Source of the DNA: a virus
Strand: one strand, 5' to 3'
DNA: 64,000 nt
Virus record (IMG/VR): IMGVR_UViG_3300003314_000001
Coordinates: 1-64,000 of that record
Part shown: piece after piece, positions 16,774-25,235 of the stretch
Position numbering within the stretch: the first letter of the stretch is position 1
Layout: each line of letters opens with the position of its first letter
Position numbers and translations under genes: made by a program
The notes under the pieces: generated by a model
What the model was told of the DNA's origin: nothing
The model's database searches: none
The model's input: only the letters and a program-made list of their open reading frames with translations

Positions 16774-16962
16774 TTACTGTTTCCGGAGTGTGACGCCAAC
16801 AGTACCGAAGTTGTAGCTTCTTCCCGTCCGTTCCGTTTCTTCCTTCACAAGCTCCCACGCCTTCCGGAGAGCTTGAATGTAAGTTGGTCCGGAAACAGTC
16901 CAGCGTCCCTTCTGCACGGTGTCGTCGTACTGTACGTCAACAGCGTAAGTGTCTTCTGTCAT
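16774..16962 (-). CDS. Hypothetical protein
   Basis: 62-aa ORF starting 2 nt after the upstream stop. Confidence 0.5.
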   Translation of the reverse strand: MTEDTYAVDVQYDDTVQKGRWTVSGPTYIQALRKAWELVKEETERTGRSYNFGTVGVTLRKQ

Positions 16963-16963
16963 T

Positions 16964-18217
16964 TCAGTAGACCTCTGCTAGATTCACGAATTCTGTCTTC
17001 TCCCATGTTTGTTCGTCCGATACTGCAAGGAAGTATCCGCACGGGTATCCGAATTCGCCCATCGCTTCCGCGTACTCCGAAGGCGGCGCTATCGTTCCAC
17101 CCATGAAGACACGTCGTCCGTTGTAGTGTTCGTTCTTCAACTGGTGGTTGTGGCCGTAGAAGCCAAGGTCGAACTGGTGTTCGTCCTTCCAGCTACCCCA
17201 TAGGCTCTGCTGTGAGCTTGTTCCGATGTGACCCCGAGTGTTCTGTCCGTGGCGTAGGTGTCCGCGCCACTCTCCATCACGAAGATAGAAGTTCGTGTAG
17301 TACTCATGTTCATCCATGATAAACGTAATGTTATCGTACTGGTTCTTATTCCGGAATGCACTCTTCCGGATGTTGTGGTCCAGTAACGCACAGAGGAAGT
17401 CGTCGGCGTTCGCGTCTCCGGAACTACCATCCACTCGGAATTCTCCGTGGTTTCCATTCTGACAGACCACTTGAACAGTCGGGAAGCGTTCCGAGAGTCG
17501 CGCTACCACCTGCTCGAAAACGGAGATAGCACGAATCAACTGGTCCTTGATAGTCTCGTCAACGTCCCAAGACTGCCCATCGTAGATAGCCTCGTTCGTG
17601 ACTATATCCCCACCGAGAAGCAGGTGAACGGTGTCGATAGTGTATCCAGCGGCTTCCAACTCGTCCGCCCACTGGATGAACTTTTGGAGAAGGTAGAAGA
17701 TTCGGTTTTCCGCAATCTCCGAACTGAAGATTTCTTCCACCTGTTCCTCACCGTCCGGTTGTCGGGTAACGCTAACATGCTTGTCTCCGAAGTGACTGTC
17801 CGTAACGTGAAACACTAAGTCCAACCCGCCAGACGTTGCTTGAAGGCCGCCGTCCGCAACTGGTTGAGGGTAATTGTTTCGCTTCTCCTTCCAGTCTTCG
17901 ATTTCGGCGAAGAATTCGTTCGCTCTTTTCGTAATCGTTTGTTTTGCGACGTTATTGCTACGAGCTCCCTGCTTCGTTGCATTAACGGGTCCGTCTTGTT
18001 CCGTGGGACTGATTATCGTGTACTGTTCGTGGGTTCCGTAGGTCTTACCAATCTGGAATTCGGTGTCTTCCAGATTGTTCACCATGCCGCTAATGTGGTC
18101 GTACACCGCGCTCTTAGAAATACTAAGCTTGTTCTGTATTTCTTCCGCGCTATGGTCTTGTTCGGCGAGCAATTCGTAGACTTGTCGCTGTCGGTCGGTC
18201 AAATCCTCGAAAGACAT
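16964..18217 (-). CDS. HTH domain fused to calcineurin-like metallophosphoesterase (Mre11/SbcD-like)
   Basis: 417 aa. N-terminal LTDRQRQVYELL..ISKSAVYDHI (HTH). Phosphoesterase motifs HVTDSHFGD, LGGDIV, NGNHGEF, GHNHQ. Confidence 0.8.
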   Translation of the reverse strand: MSFEDLTDRQRQVYELLAEQDHSAEEIQNKLSISKSAVYDHISGMVNNLEDTEFQIGKTYGTHEQYTIISPTEQDGPVNATKQGARSNNVAKQTITKRANEFFAEIEDWKEKRNNYPQPVADGGLQATSGGLDLVFHVTDSHFGDKHVSVTRQPDGEEQVEEIFSSEIAENRIFYLLQKFIQWADELEAAGYTIDTVHLLLGGDIVTNEAIYDGQSWDVDETIKDQLIRAISVFEQVVARLSERFPTVQVVCQNGNHGEFRVDGSSGDANADDFLCALLDHNIRKSAFRNKNQYDNITFIMDEHEYYTNFYLRDGEWRGHLRHGQNTRGHIGTSSQQSLWGSWKDEHQFDLGFYGHNHQLKNEHYNGRRVFMGGTIAPPSEYAEAMGEFGYPCGYFLAVSDEQTWEKTEFVNLAEVY

Positions 18218-18227
18218 AATGTGTCGG

Positions 18228-19463
18228 TTAGTGTTTCGCTATCTCCTGTAAGTCCGGACTGTCCCGGAACGTCTTACAAGAGTCTTTCAGGCAGAACTGT
18301 TCTGCCGTCTCCAGTATCTTGGAGCAGTTGAACTGCTGGTAGTCCCGCGAGAGGACTTCCTTAATTCGTTTATGTGTCGTTTCGTAGTCATAATCCGGAC
18401 TGGAAGCAAAGAATTCATGCATGACCACCGGGTGAGTACCTACCGAGGCCATAGCGAGAATCGCTTGCATTTCCATGTTGTGAGACGCAACACCCTCCGA
18501 AAACATCTGGTCGTTCTCCCGGAACCGCCAGATACAGGGTTTCCGTCGCAACAACATCTTCAAATCTTCCAGTTCAATATCCCGATTTGCCTGCTTCCGG
18601 TACTCCTTGTACTTTTGCTCGTCCTTAACGGACACAGTTCCAGTACTCGTATGAGTATCAACGGAAGCATTCCGGATATTGTTACGGATGATTTTCGCGC
18701 TACGTTCCTGTTCCGTCCGTTTCGCACCTTCCGGAACACGACGAGGATTCCGCGTCATTTTGACGTAATGTTCTACGCCAATCTGCTTCATTTCCTCGTT
18801 CGTAACCGGAATACAGTACCGTTCTTCTTGGAAGGCTTTCGTTGCTTTTTCGTGTATGGTGTTTGGCAACCTTGTCAATCGTGCTAAGTCCCATCCGGAA
18901 CTTACGTCGATGAATTCTTCAAGGTCGTCGTATCCAGACACTTCAATAAGTCTCTCTACTACTATATCCGTGAACGATTCCATTCCGTTCCGGAATTGCG
19001 CTGGACTTCCAGCACTGAATGAAATCGCTGGAAAGTCTAAGTAGAGGTGTGCGCCCTTGAAACCGGAGAGAGACCAACGGAAGTAGTCGTCCTTCCCGGC
19101 TTCTTCAAGGGCTTCAGCGACCGCGTTAAGCCTATCCAAGAGCTTCTTCATGTGGAGAGCATACTTGTGTCGCTGTATCTCTCCGTCTGACGTGAACTTC
19201 GTTTTATCCACGTCGAAATCTATCATGAGTGTGTCTATCAGGGGTATGTTTTGTCCATCATTTGTGGGGTGTCCCCACGGGAAGCTGTAAACGGACACGT
19301 ACCCCGGATAGTCCTTTTCGTATTTCTTGATGTTATGGACTAGTTCCTCTCGCCCTTGGGAAGTGAATTGACAGAATTCGCCACCCGCTTCTCCGACTGT
19401 ACGGCGAGGGAAGTTCGGCGTCCATACTTTTGCTGTTTCGTGTAATAGTTCTTGATGTTTCAT
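18228..19463 (-). CDS. Archaeo-eukaryotic primase (AEP/PrimPol-like)
   Basis: 411 aa. Motif I MIDFDVD, motif II SGFKGAHLYL, motif III RLPNTIHEK. Cys-rich C-terminal part. Confidence 0.7.
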   Translation of the reverse strand: MKHQELLHETAKVWTPNFPRRTVGEAGGEFCQFTSQGREELVHNIKKYEKDYPGYVSVYSFPWGHPTNDGQNIPLIDTLMIDFDVDKTKFTSDGEIQRHKYALHMKKLLDRLNAVAEALEEAGKDDYFRWSLSGFKGAHLYLDFPAISFSAGSPAQFRNGMESFTDIVVERLIEVSGYDDLEEFIDVSSGWDLARLTRLPNTIHEKATKAFQEERYCIPVTNEEMKQIGVEHYVKMTRNPRRVPEGAKRTEQERSAKIIRNNIRNASVDTHTSTGTVSVKDEQKYKEYRKQANRDIELEDLKMLLRRKPCIWRFRENDQMFSEGVASHNMEMQAILAMASVGTHPVVMHEFFASSPDYDYETTHKRIKEVLSRDYQQFNCSKILETAEQFCLKDSCKTFRDSPDLQEIAKH

Positions 19464-19476
19464 TCATTCAGCGTCG

Positions 19477-19516
19477 TCCCTCCTTACTAACACTGTGGTA
19501 AGGTTTAAGTGTTACG
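19477..19516 (-). promoter_or_regulatory. Class-3 promoter-like repeat upstream of the primase gene
   Basis: Gene-sense GTAACACTTAAACC-N12-TTAGTAAGGAGGGAC. Confidence 0.5.
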
Positions 19517-19517
19517 G

Positions 19518-19862
19518 TCAACTTCTTTTTTTGAGTAAACCCTTTTTATATCCTCGGAACAATTCACCAACCGTAAATGTTCCATCTAAGAACTTTTCTT
19601 TATTTGTTACTCGGAATTTGTTTGTATCACCAAGTCGTTCCAATCCGTTCTTTTCAAGAAACGGCTCTGAAAGTTGATGATTAAGACACCGAGAACAAAT
19701 TTTCACAGTAAGACCATCTGGAATCGGTTGTTCCCTGAATGGACTACATGAAGTAATACATTGACCACAATCCGGAAACCAAGACAATACTGCGTGATTG
19801 AAGTGTCCGTAGTGGTAAACTGTTCCACCGCTTGACTTAATAAGTGCTTTAGTACTAACCAT
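19518..19862 (-). CDS. Hypothetical Cys/His-rich protein
   Basis: 114-aa ORF in a locally AT-rich segment. No firm motif. Confidence 0.5.
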   Translation of the reverse strand: MVSTKALIKSSGGTVYHYGHFNHAVLSWFPDCGQCITSCSPFREQPIPDGLTVKICSRCLNHQLSEPFLEKNGLERLGDTNKFRVTNKEKFLDGTFTVGELFRGYKKGLLKKRS

Positions 19863-19874
19863 TTTTAATTTCTT

Positions 19875-20114
19875 TTACAGTCGGGAAGCCGCCGCTCGGA
19901 GTCGCTGAATCAGTCCCGTTGGCGGAACCGAACATTCAGCGAACTTTCCAGTAGCGTCCTTCCGAGTCTCGAACCTGTCACCACACTCGGAACACCGAAA
20001 TTTGTGAATTGCAGTCTCTTTAGTGTGGTTTGTGTGTTGTTGAACGTTGTACTTTTGCTGTAGTCGGTGTCCGTTCACGTAACGGTCGAACTTCCACTTG
20101 TATCCTACGTGCAT
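19875..20114 (-). CDS. Zinc-ribbon protein
   Basis: 79 aa with CSECGD...FAEC. The last codons carry the motif GGCTTCCCGACTGTAA. Confidence 0.5.
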   Translation of the reverse strand: MHVGYKWKFDRYVNGHRLQQKYNVQQHTNHTKETAIHKFRCSECGDRFETRKDATGKFAECSVPPTGLIQRLRAAASRL

Positions 20115-20117
20115 GGT

Positions 20118-21689
20118 TTACAGTGTAGCCTGTCCAGCCTGTCCAGACATGGACTTCTTCGGTTCCGATTCCGATTCCTGCTCGTCGTCGGCTTCCCGAC
20201 TGTCTCCGGATTCGTCGTCAGACCCACCATAAAGCGGGTCGTCCATACTTTCGATTTCTTCCACTGAATCTTCAGCGGCCTCGTTCAGTTCATTATCTTC
20301 CAAGATGTTCACTTCCTCGCCCGTAATAGGATGTTCCACCTCCAAGGCGTCACCTTCACAGAACTTCTTGATGTACTTTTCAGCCCGCTCTTCCGACATG
20401 GTTTCGCGGGCAATCATCTTCGTATCTTCTACAACTTGCTCCCAGTCCAGAATTTCGTTGCCTTCCAACGCTATTTCTTGACCGAGCATGGAGCAAGCGT
20501 AACTTACTCGTCCAGCGCCCTCGTTGAACTTCCGGACGTAGTGCTTATTGAACATAGCGTCCAGACTGTTCCGAACTTGGTCCTCGTTCGGGTTCAGTCC
20601 TTCCGCCTGAAGGATAGTCACCATGTCCAACACGTCGTACTCCGTGTTCGGGTTATTCCGCATTTCCTTCAACATCACCTTGTCAATCGCCTTCAGATTG
20701 AGAGCGGACATGACAAGGTTCTCACCGAAAATTTTCATTCCGTGGAAAGCGTCAGCCGGAGCGACGTACAACTCTGCCTGTCCGGAATCACTGATTGCTC
20801 CCGGAAGCTTCATTCGACGGTCGTGGTAGAACAGCGTGATTCCCTCAAGCATATCCATCAGCTTGAGGTTGTCGAAGCGTCCCTCCACGAACTTCGCCGG
20901 AATCGGCTCCTGCATGACCACTGCTTCCGATACCGGGTCTACGACTTTACCGTCGCCGTCTTCTCCGAATTTCTTTATCGGAATGTTATTATTGTGGTCC
21001 CGAATCTCTCCAAGACGCTCGTCGTCAATCCGAGGTTCGTACCGTCCGGATTTGATAGCGGCTTGTCGTCGCTGAATCTTCCGAGTTAGTTCTTCCGAAG
21101 CGTCCGTGTCCAGCACGATAACGCGCTTCCGGATTTCCTCGAAGTCGTTCCGGAGGTCGATTTTGTCGTTGTCGCTTGCGATTGTGAAGAAGCTGGAACG
21201 GGGCGCTTCCAAGACCATGTTCTCGATTTGGCCTTGAGTTCCGTCCGCGTCGGAAAGAGTCACGTCCACTTTTTCGTGGGTCGCGGCCTTCCCTTCACCG
21301 AACTGTTTCGCAATCGCTTCAACTACTTCGTCAATCGACACGAAGTCCATGAACCGCTGAATCGGGAACCGGTTAATCGTGGGAGATTTGTAGAAGGGAA
21401 CTTTCGCCGACATTTCACTCGGCCAATGATACCACTGTGTTCCCTTCTGTAATTCCATCTCCCAATCAATTTCTTCACTGGTGTCCGGAATCGGATGCCA
21501 CAACCATTCAGTCGCGTCCAGTATCTCGTCCTTCCCACCACGAGACGGTCCGTTGAGAATCACGTCTTCGCCGCAAATGGAACACGTATGGCAGGTCAGG
21601 ATGTTCTCCTTCTCGCCTACGATTCCACGGTCTCGGGTCGCTTCCGCAAGTTCTGACAGCGTTACGGGGTTGTCGTCAATTGCGCTCAT
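20118..21689 (-). CDS. Putative P-loop NTPase (family unresolved)
   Basis: 523-aa ORF. Walker-A-like NGPSRGGKD and Walker-B-like VIVLDTDASEE. Acidic C-tail. Replication-module neighbourhood. Confidence 0.45.
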   Translation of the reverse strand: MSAIDDNPVTLSELAEATRDRGIVGEKENILTCHTCSICGEDVILNGPSRGGKDEILDATEWLWHPIPDTSEEIDWEMELQKGTQWYHWPSEMSAKVPFYKSPTINRFPIQRFMDFVSIDEVVEAIAKQFGEGKAATHEKVDVTLSDADGTQGQIENMVLEAPRSSFFTIASDNDKIDLRNDFEEIRKRVIVLDTDASEELTRKIQRRQAAIKSGRYEPRIDDERLGEIRDHNNNIPIKKFGEDGDGKVVDPVSEAVVMQEPIPAKFVEGRFDNLKLMDMLEGITLFYHDRRMKLPGAISDSGQAELYVAPADAFHGMKIFGENLVMSALNLKAIDKVMLKEMRNNPNTEYDVLDMVTILQAEGLNPNEDQVRNSLDAMFNKHYVRKFNEGAGRVSYACSMLGQEIALEGNEILDWEQVVEDTKMIARETMSEERAEKYIKKFCEGDALEVEHPITGEEVNILEDNELNEAAEDSVEEIESMDDPLYGGSDDESGDSREADDEQESESEPKKSMSGQAGQATL

Positions 21690-21783
21690 GTATGGTTTCT
21701 TCTAGCCGCTTTTTTGCTATCAATACTCTGACAAGAATCACCTTGACTGGAACCGTTACCAGTCGGGAAGCCTCCTCGACCAG

Positions 21784-22389
21784 TCAGTACCACTCCTCGG
21801 CTTCACTTTTGGAAGTGAACATGTGGATTCCCGATTTACAGTTGGAATAGGTCGAGGTGTCCAGACTCTCTTCTGGTTCCACGAACGTACCGACACGGTA
21901 CTTGAAGTCACCATCCCGTTTTGCACTATCACGGAAATCGGGACTTCCCATGTCGGTTTCGGGAACGTGAAAGTCTTTCACGAACGCCTTACTACATCGC
22001 TTCTTGTGTTTTGAAGTGAAGGTCGCATATTGCGGATGAACGACCGTTTCACCTGCCGGAATCACAAGCTCCACGATTGCATTCAGTGTTGCCTTCCACG
22101 CAACCTTGGGTTCATCCAGCGTTTCCACAACTTCCTCCTTGTCTTCCAGTTTCTCCGTCACGTCTCCGTACACTTCCTCTGCGAAAAACTCCACGGTTTC
22201 AACGAGAGCGTCACGGTCTTCACGAAGCTTCTTCTCGTGTTTTTCAGCCGTCCTTCGTCGGTTCTTTTCTTTCGCCTTCCGAGTCTGGAGACGATTCCGC
22301 TCGTTCTCCAGTACTTCGATTTCGGCTTCCAGTTCTTCGATTTCGTTGTTCTTCGATTCGACAGTAGACTTTTTGGCAAGACCAAACAT
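21784..22389 (-). CDS. Hypothetical coiled-coil protein
   Basis: ATG (MFGLAKKS...) 42 nt downstream of the CTTCCCGAC motif. N-terminal Glu/Lys coiled coil. Confidence 0.55.
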   Translation of the reverse strand: MFGLAKKSTVESKNNEIEELEAEIEVLENERNRLQTRKAKEKNRRRTAEKHEKKLREDRDALVETVEFFAEEVYGDVTEKLEDKEEVVETLDEPKVAWKATLNAIVELVIPAGETVVHPQYATFTSKHKKRCSKAFVKDFHVPETDMGSPDFRDSAKRDGDFKYRVGTFVEPEESLDTSTYSNCKSGIHMFTSKSEAEEWY

Positions 22390-22440
22390 TGTTCTATTTT
22401 GGGTTCCGCAATTAATTAGCGAACTATACAAGTCGGGAAG

Positions 22441-22659
22441 CTACTCGCCGCGACCGTCTTCCATCTTCCGGGCCGCCTCTCGGCGAGTAATCCGGTCTTC
22501 GACGCGCTTCTGGACTTTCTTCTGTAGCTCTTTTTGTGCTTCATCCGGGTCGTCGTCTTCGTCCAGAAGCGCCTCACTGGACATTCCGATTTCGTAGTTC
22601 TCGTAGTTTCCGGTGTTTACTTTTCGACTATAGCTGGCCGTGATTTTCGTTTCTTCCAT
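22441..22659 (-). CDS. Hypothetical protein
   Basis: 72-aa ORF directly downstream of a class-A promoter repeat. Confidence 0.5.
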   Translation of the reverse strand: MEETKITASYSRKVNTGNYENYEIGMSSEALLDEDDDPDEAQKELQKKVQKRVEDRITRREAARKMEDGRGE

Positions 22660-22679
22660 TGTTGTAAAAGTTGGTCCGA

Positions 22680-22712
22680 AATTTCATGGGCTATTTCATA
22701 CACCTACCCCGG
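22680..22712 (-). promoter_or_regulatory. Class-A promoter-like repeat
   Basis: Gene-sense CCGGGGTAGGTGTATGAAATAGCCCATGAAAT, about 21 nt before ATG 22659. Confidence 0.5.
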
Positions 22713-22736
22713 ACAGGGTTTAGTTAATTAGCGGTT

Positions 22737-23708
22737 CTACTGGACGACTGTGGCGACCACTTCGTCCTTCCCACCGGCTTCCTCGACCTGTTCCTCCGAC
22801 ACGTCGCCGTCTTCCATCATCTCCGTCAGAAGCTCCGACACCGCCCCCTCGTTCGTGATAGACAGCTCACCGCAGGTGTCGTAGAAGGACTGAACGTCGT
22901 CCGGAGTACCGTTCGACTCGTCTTCTTCCTCGTCGTCGGCGTCGTCTTCCGGACTGTCTTCGTCATCTTCCTCCGGAACCTCGTTTGAGACGAAAATCGG
23001 GTGGTTGGTCTTCGCGTCCAGAACGAACGGATGATGGAACGTCCGACCCGTCTCGTCGGACTCCTTCGTAGTCATGGCGATAATCACTTCCCGACCCACA
23101 AGGTCTTCTCGAAGGGCCGCGTCCCCGTCCAACCATGCGTCCTGACTGTCTTCGTCCAGCACCACATCAGCCCCTTGAGCGCACAGAATCTTGCTCAGGG
23201 TCTTGCTCTTGCTCTTCGGTCCGTTATCCGTGCTACCCGCGAACATGACCATGCTGTCCGCAAGCGGAATCTCGTCTTCCGGAACGTTCGGGTTCCCGAC
23301 ACCGTTCGGGTCTTCCTCCAGTCGCGCCGCTTCCACGTCGTAGTAGTAGCTACTTCCGACGTAGTTCCGTTGGACGATTCCGGGAACGTCGTCCGGAGTC
23401 GTATCTTCCGACAGGACCGGAATCGAGGACTCGGCGTCCCACGACAGGACCTTGATAGCGCCCATGTCAGGTTCCCCGGTCTGTTCAGGGTCGCCGTCTT
23501 CGTCCTTCAGACTGTGGCCCGCGATACCGTCCACTAGAGTCACGTCCTTGATGTTGATACCGAGCGACTGTCCGTAGGGACTCTCCGAGTTGAAAACGCC
23601 GTCGAGGGTTCCACGGACCTTTGCGGGCGGTTCCATCTTGAGGTTCACGTCGTCGTCGTAGTCTCCGCTTCCGTTGCCGTCTCCGTCGAAGTCGTATTTG
23701 TCAGACAT
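22737..23708 (-). CDS. Hypothetical highly acidic protein
   Basis: 323-aa ORF with higher GC than its neighbours. Asp/Glu-rich tails. No firm motif. Confidence 0.6.
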   Translation of the reverse strand: MSDKYDFDGDGNGSGDYDDDVNLKMEPPAKVRGTLDGVFNSESPYGQSLGINIKDVTLVDGIAGHSLKDEDGDPEQTGEPDMGAIKVLSWDAESSIPVLSEDTTPDDVPGIVQRNYVGSSYYYDVEAARLEEDPNGVGNPNVPEDEIPLADSMVMFAGSTDNGPKSKSKTLSKILCAQGADVVLDEDSQDAWLDGDAALREDLVGREVIIAMTTKESDETGRTFHHPFVLDAKTNHPIFVSNEVPEEDDEDSPEDDADDEEEDESNGTPDDVQSFYDTCGELSITNEGAVSELLTEMMEDGDVSEEQVEEAGGKDEVVATVVQ

Positions 23709-23753
23709 TGTTAGTAGTCTACCGCAACCGATTGTTTTCCACTCAATTCGTCT

Positions 23754-23769
23754 CTCTTAGGGGGAACGA
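23754..23769. repeat. Left arm of the 16-bp inverted repeat flanking the tRNA island
   Basis: CTCTTAGGGGGAACGA, the perfect reverse complement of 25156..25171. Confidence 0.7.
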
Positions 23770-23803
23770 TTCCTACCTTATAAACTTTACTAAGTCACCT
23801 CGA

Positions 23804-23880
23804 TACGGAGACCGGGATTTGAACCCGAATCTTCCCTCTGGTGAAGAGAGACGCATTATGCCGAACAATGCTACCTCCGT
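23804..23880 (-). tRNA. tRNA-like gene, anticodon register ambiguous (CAC/Val best paired; UCA in the alternative register)
   Basis: Acceptor ACGGAGG/TCTCCGT, T-arm TCGGG-TTCAAAT-CCCGG, D-arm GCAT..ATGC. One extra nucleotide, and C at position 37 in both registers. Confidence 0.5.
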
Positions 23881-23964
23881 TGATTTTCTAACGCGCCCAT
23901 TTCCGGACTATTCAGTCCGTTACAGCGCGGGAGTACAGGCTGGCCTAACCTGATAGCTCCGGAG

Positions 23965-24038
23965 CGCCGTCCCAAGGACTCGAACCTCGAACAGTCTGCT
24001 CAACAGGCAGATACCCGTACCAGACGGGTCCGGACGGC
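23965..24038 (-). tRNA. tRNA-Asn (GUU)
   Basis: Cloverleaf folded by hand. Acceptor GCCGTCC/GGACGGC, anticodon arm TCTGC-CTGTTGA-GCAGA, T-arm CGAGG-TTCGAGT-CCTTG. Confidence 0.8.
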
Positions 24039-24459
24039 TCTTGTCTTCCTCCCTTCTCACAGAGAGGGTAGTAGAATATAAAAGTTTCGATGTGTCCGGA
24101 GCAGTAGTGCTTGTCCAGACACGCCCACGCCCCCGCGTGTCCCTGAAGTCCCCTACAATTTGTTGTCCGGCACGGCCCAAGGCCGGAGTCCCCGGCGGGT
24201 TGTGACACCCATACAAACCGGGGGAACCACTCGTGGTCAATTTTCATACCGGTTGATACCGGCTTCTCATTACGGTCGTAAACGGCGTTTCATTCGTTAG
24301 CACCTCCATCTATCACCCGTTTTTCACGGGCGTCTCAATACATATTTAACAAATATTTTGTCCGGAACCGGAAAGAGGCGACTTCTCTACGGACGCTTGT
24401 TAGCAGAACAGTCTCATTAGTGTTCTTATTAGTCCGAATCGCAGTTACAGTTCCGGTAA

Positions 24460-24532
24460 GGGACCCGGTAGGTGTCGAAACCTACAACTACTCTCCATTC
24501 CGGAAAGCACTCTACCATTGAGCTACAGGTCC
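24460..24532 (-). ncRNA. Aberrant tRNA-like element (GAA-like loop lacking U33)
   Basis: Good acceptor GGACCTG/CGGGTCC and D-arm GCTC-AATGGTA-GAGT. The anticodon loop is CGGAATG and the T-loop has 8 nt. Confidence 0.35.
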
Positions 24533-24655
24533 AAAGTGAGAAAATATGATAGAAGATACTCTACGGGGTGACTAGACCCATGCTTGTGGATTGTCGCCTC
24601 CTTGTCTTTATGACAAGGTGTTGACGACCTCTACCGGAACAAGCGGTCCGGCTCA

Positions 24656-24726
24656 TGGGTCTGGAAGAATTTGAATCCCCGAGAACAGCCGTTTGGAGCG
24701 GCGTTCTGTTCCTGACTTTCAGACCC
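24656..24726 (-). ncRNA. Degenerate tRNA-like element (CCA-containing loop, no D-arm)
   Basis: Acceptor GGGTCTG/CAGACCC. Long hairpin AGAACGCCG-CTCCAAA-CGGCTGTTCT. Weak T-arm GGGGA-TTCAAAT-TCTTC. Confidence 0.25.
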
Positions 24727-24873
24727 GGAACAGATATTTATATACCACCTCCTATGTGGGTGGTCCCGGATAGCCAGTCCGGATTCGGTGGCTAACCGTG
24801 GAAGTTGTATCTCTCTGGAATTCTGAAGGTTCCACCTTACAGTCTTCCTCAAGTACCGGATTCCAAGCCGGTA

Positions 24874-24947
24874 AGCGTTCGCCCGGACTCGAACCGGGAT
24901 TTCCGACTTACAAAGACGGTGTGTTGCCAATTAGCCACTACGAACGC
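24874..24947 (-). tRNA. tRNA-Thr (UGU)
   Basis: Acceptor GCGTTCG/CGAACGC, anticodon loop TTTGTAA (one T-T mismatch in the stem), T-arm CCCGG-TTCGAGT-CCGGG. Confidence 0.8.
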
Positions 24948-24951
24948 ACTA

Positions 24952-25036
24952 CGGGTACGACAGGATTCAAACCTGCAATCCCTCACGGGAACTTGTTTTC
25001 AAGACAAGCGCAATCGTTCATTTCTGCCACGTACCC
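24952..25036 (-). tRNA. tRNA-Ser (UGA), class II
   Basis: Acceptor GGGTACG/CGTACCC, anticodon arm CTTGT-CTTGAAA-ACAAG, long variable arm TTCCCGTGAGGGATT, T-loop TTTGAAT. Confidence 0.85.
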
Positions 25037-25039
25037 ATA

Positions 25040-25131
25040 CGGACGGGACCGGATTTGAACCGGCAATCCTCGTTCAAAATAAGGAACTGGATTAGCAATC
25101 CAGCGCAATTGTCCATTTCTGCCACCCGTCC
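25040..25131 (-). tRNA. tRNA-Ser (GCU), class II
   Basis: Acceptor GGACGGG/CCCGTCC, anticodon arm CTGGA-TTGCTAA-TCCAG, long variable arm, T-arm GCCGG-TTCAAAT-CCGGT. The 5' half is paralogous to tRNA-Ser(UGA). Confidence 0.85.
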
Positions 25132-25155
25132 AAGTCTAAGAACGACCGGGTAGGG

Positions 25156-25171
25156 TCGTTCCCCCTAAGAG
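25156..25171. repeat. Right arm of the 16-bp inverted repeat flanking the tRNA island
   Basis: TCGTTCCCCCTAAGAG. Adjacent 7-bp hairpin AACGACC..GGTCGTT at 25141-25160. Confidence 0.7.
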
Positions 25172-25192
25172 TAAGAGAGAAGGTCTGTTTCC

Positions 25193-25235
25193 TTCTCCCT
25201 CCTTACCAACACGTCCTATCTACTTAAGTCTTACG
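25193..25235 (-). promoter_or_regulatory. Class-3 promoter-like repeat facing the tRNA island
   Basis: Gene-sense CGTAAGACTTAAGTAG-N12-TTGGTAAGGAGGGAGAAGG, about 60 nt before tRNA-Ser(GCU). Confidence 0.5.

Noticed and set aside
23804-23880. Reading the first tRNA-like gene as an opal (UCA) suppressor tRNA implying stop-codon recoding
   Set aside because: TGA is used pervasively as a genuine stop, including many ATGA start-stop overlaps. The better-paired fold (6-bp anticodon stem) gives CAC (Val). The UCA register needs a 6-nt variable loop.
23920-24247. ORFs 23920..24240 and 23945..24247 (100-106 aa) in the tRNA island
   Set aside because: Both run through tRNA-Asn (23965..24038) and encode Cys/Trp/Gly/Pro-rich, non-acidic sequence. 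The GC-rich segment is more likely a structured RNA.
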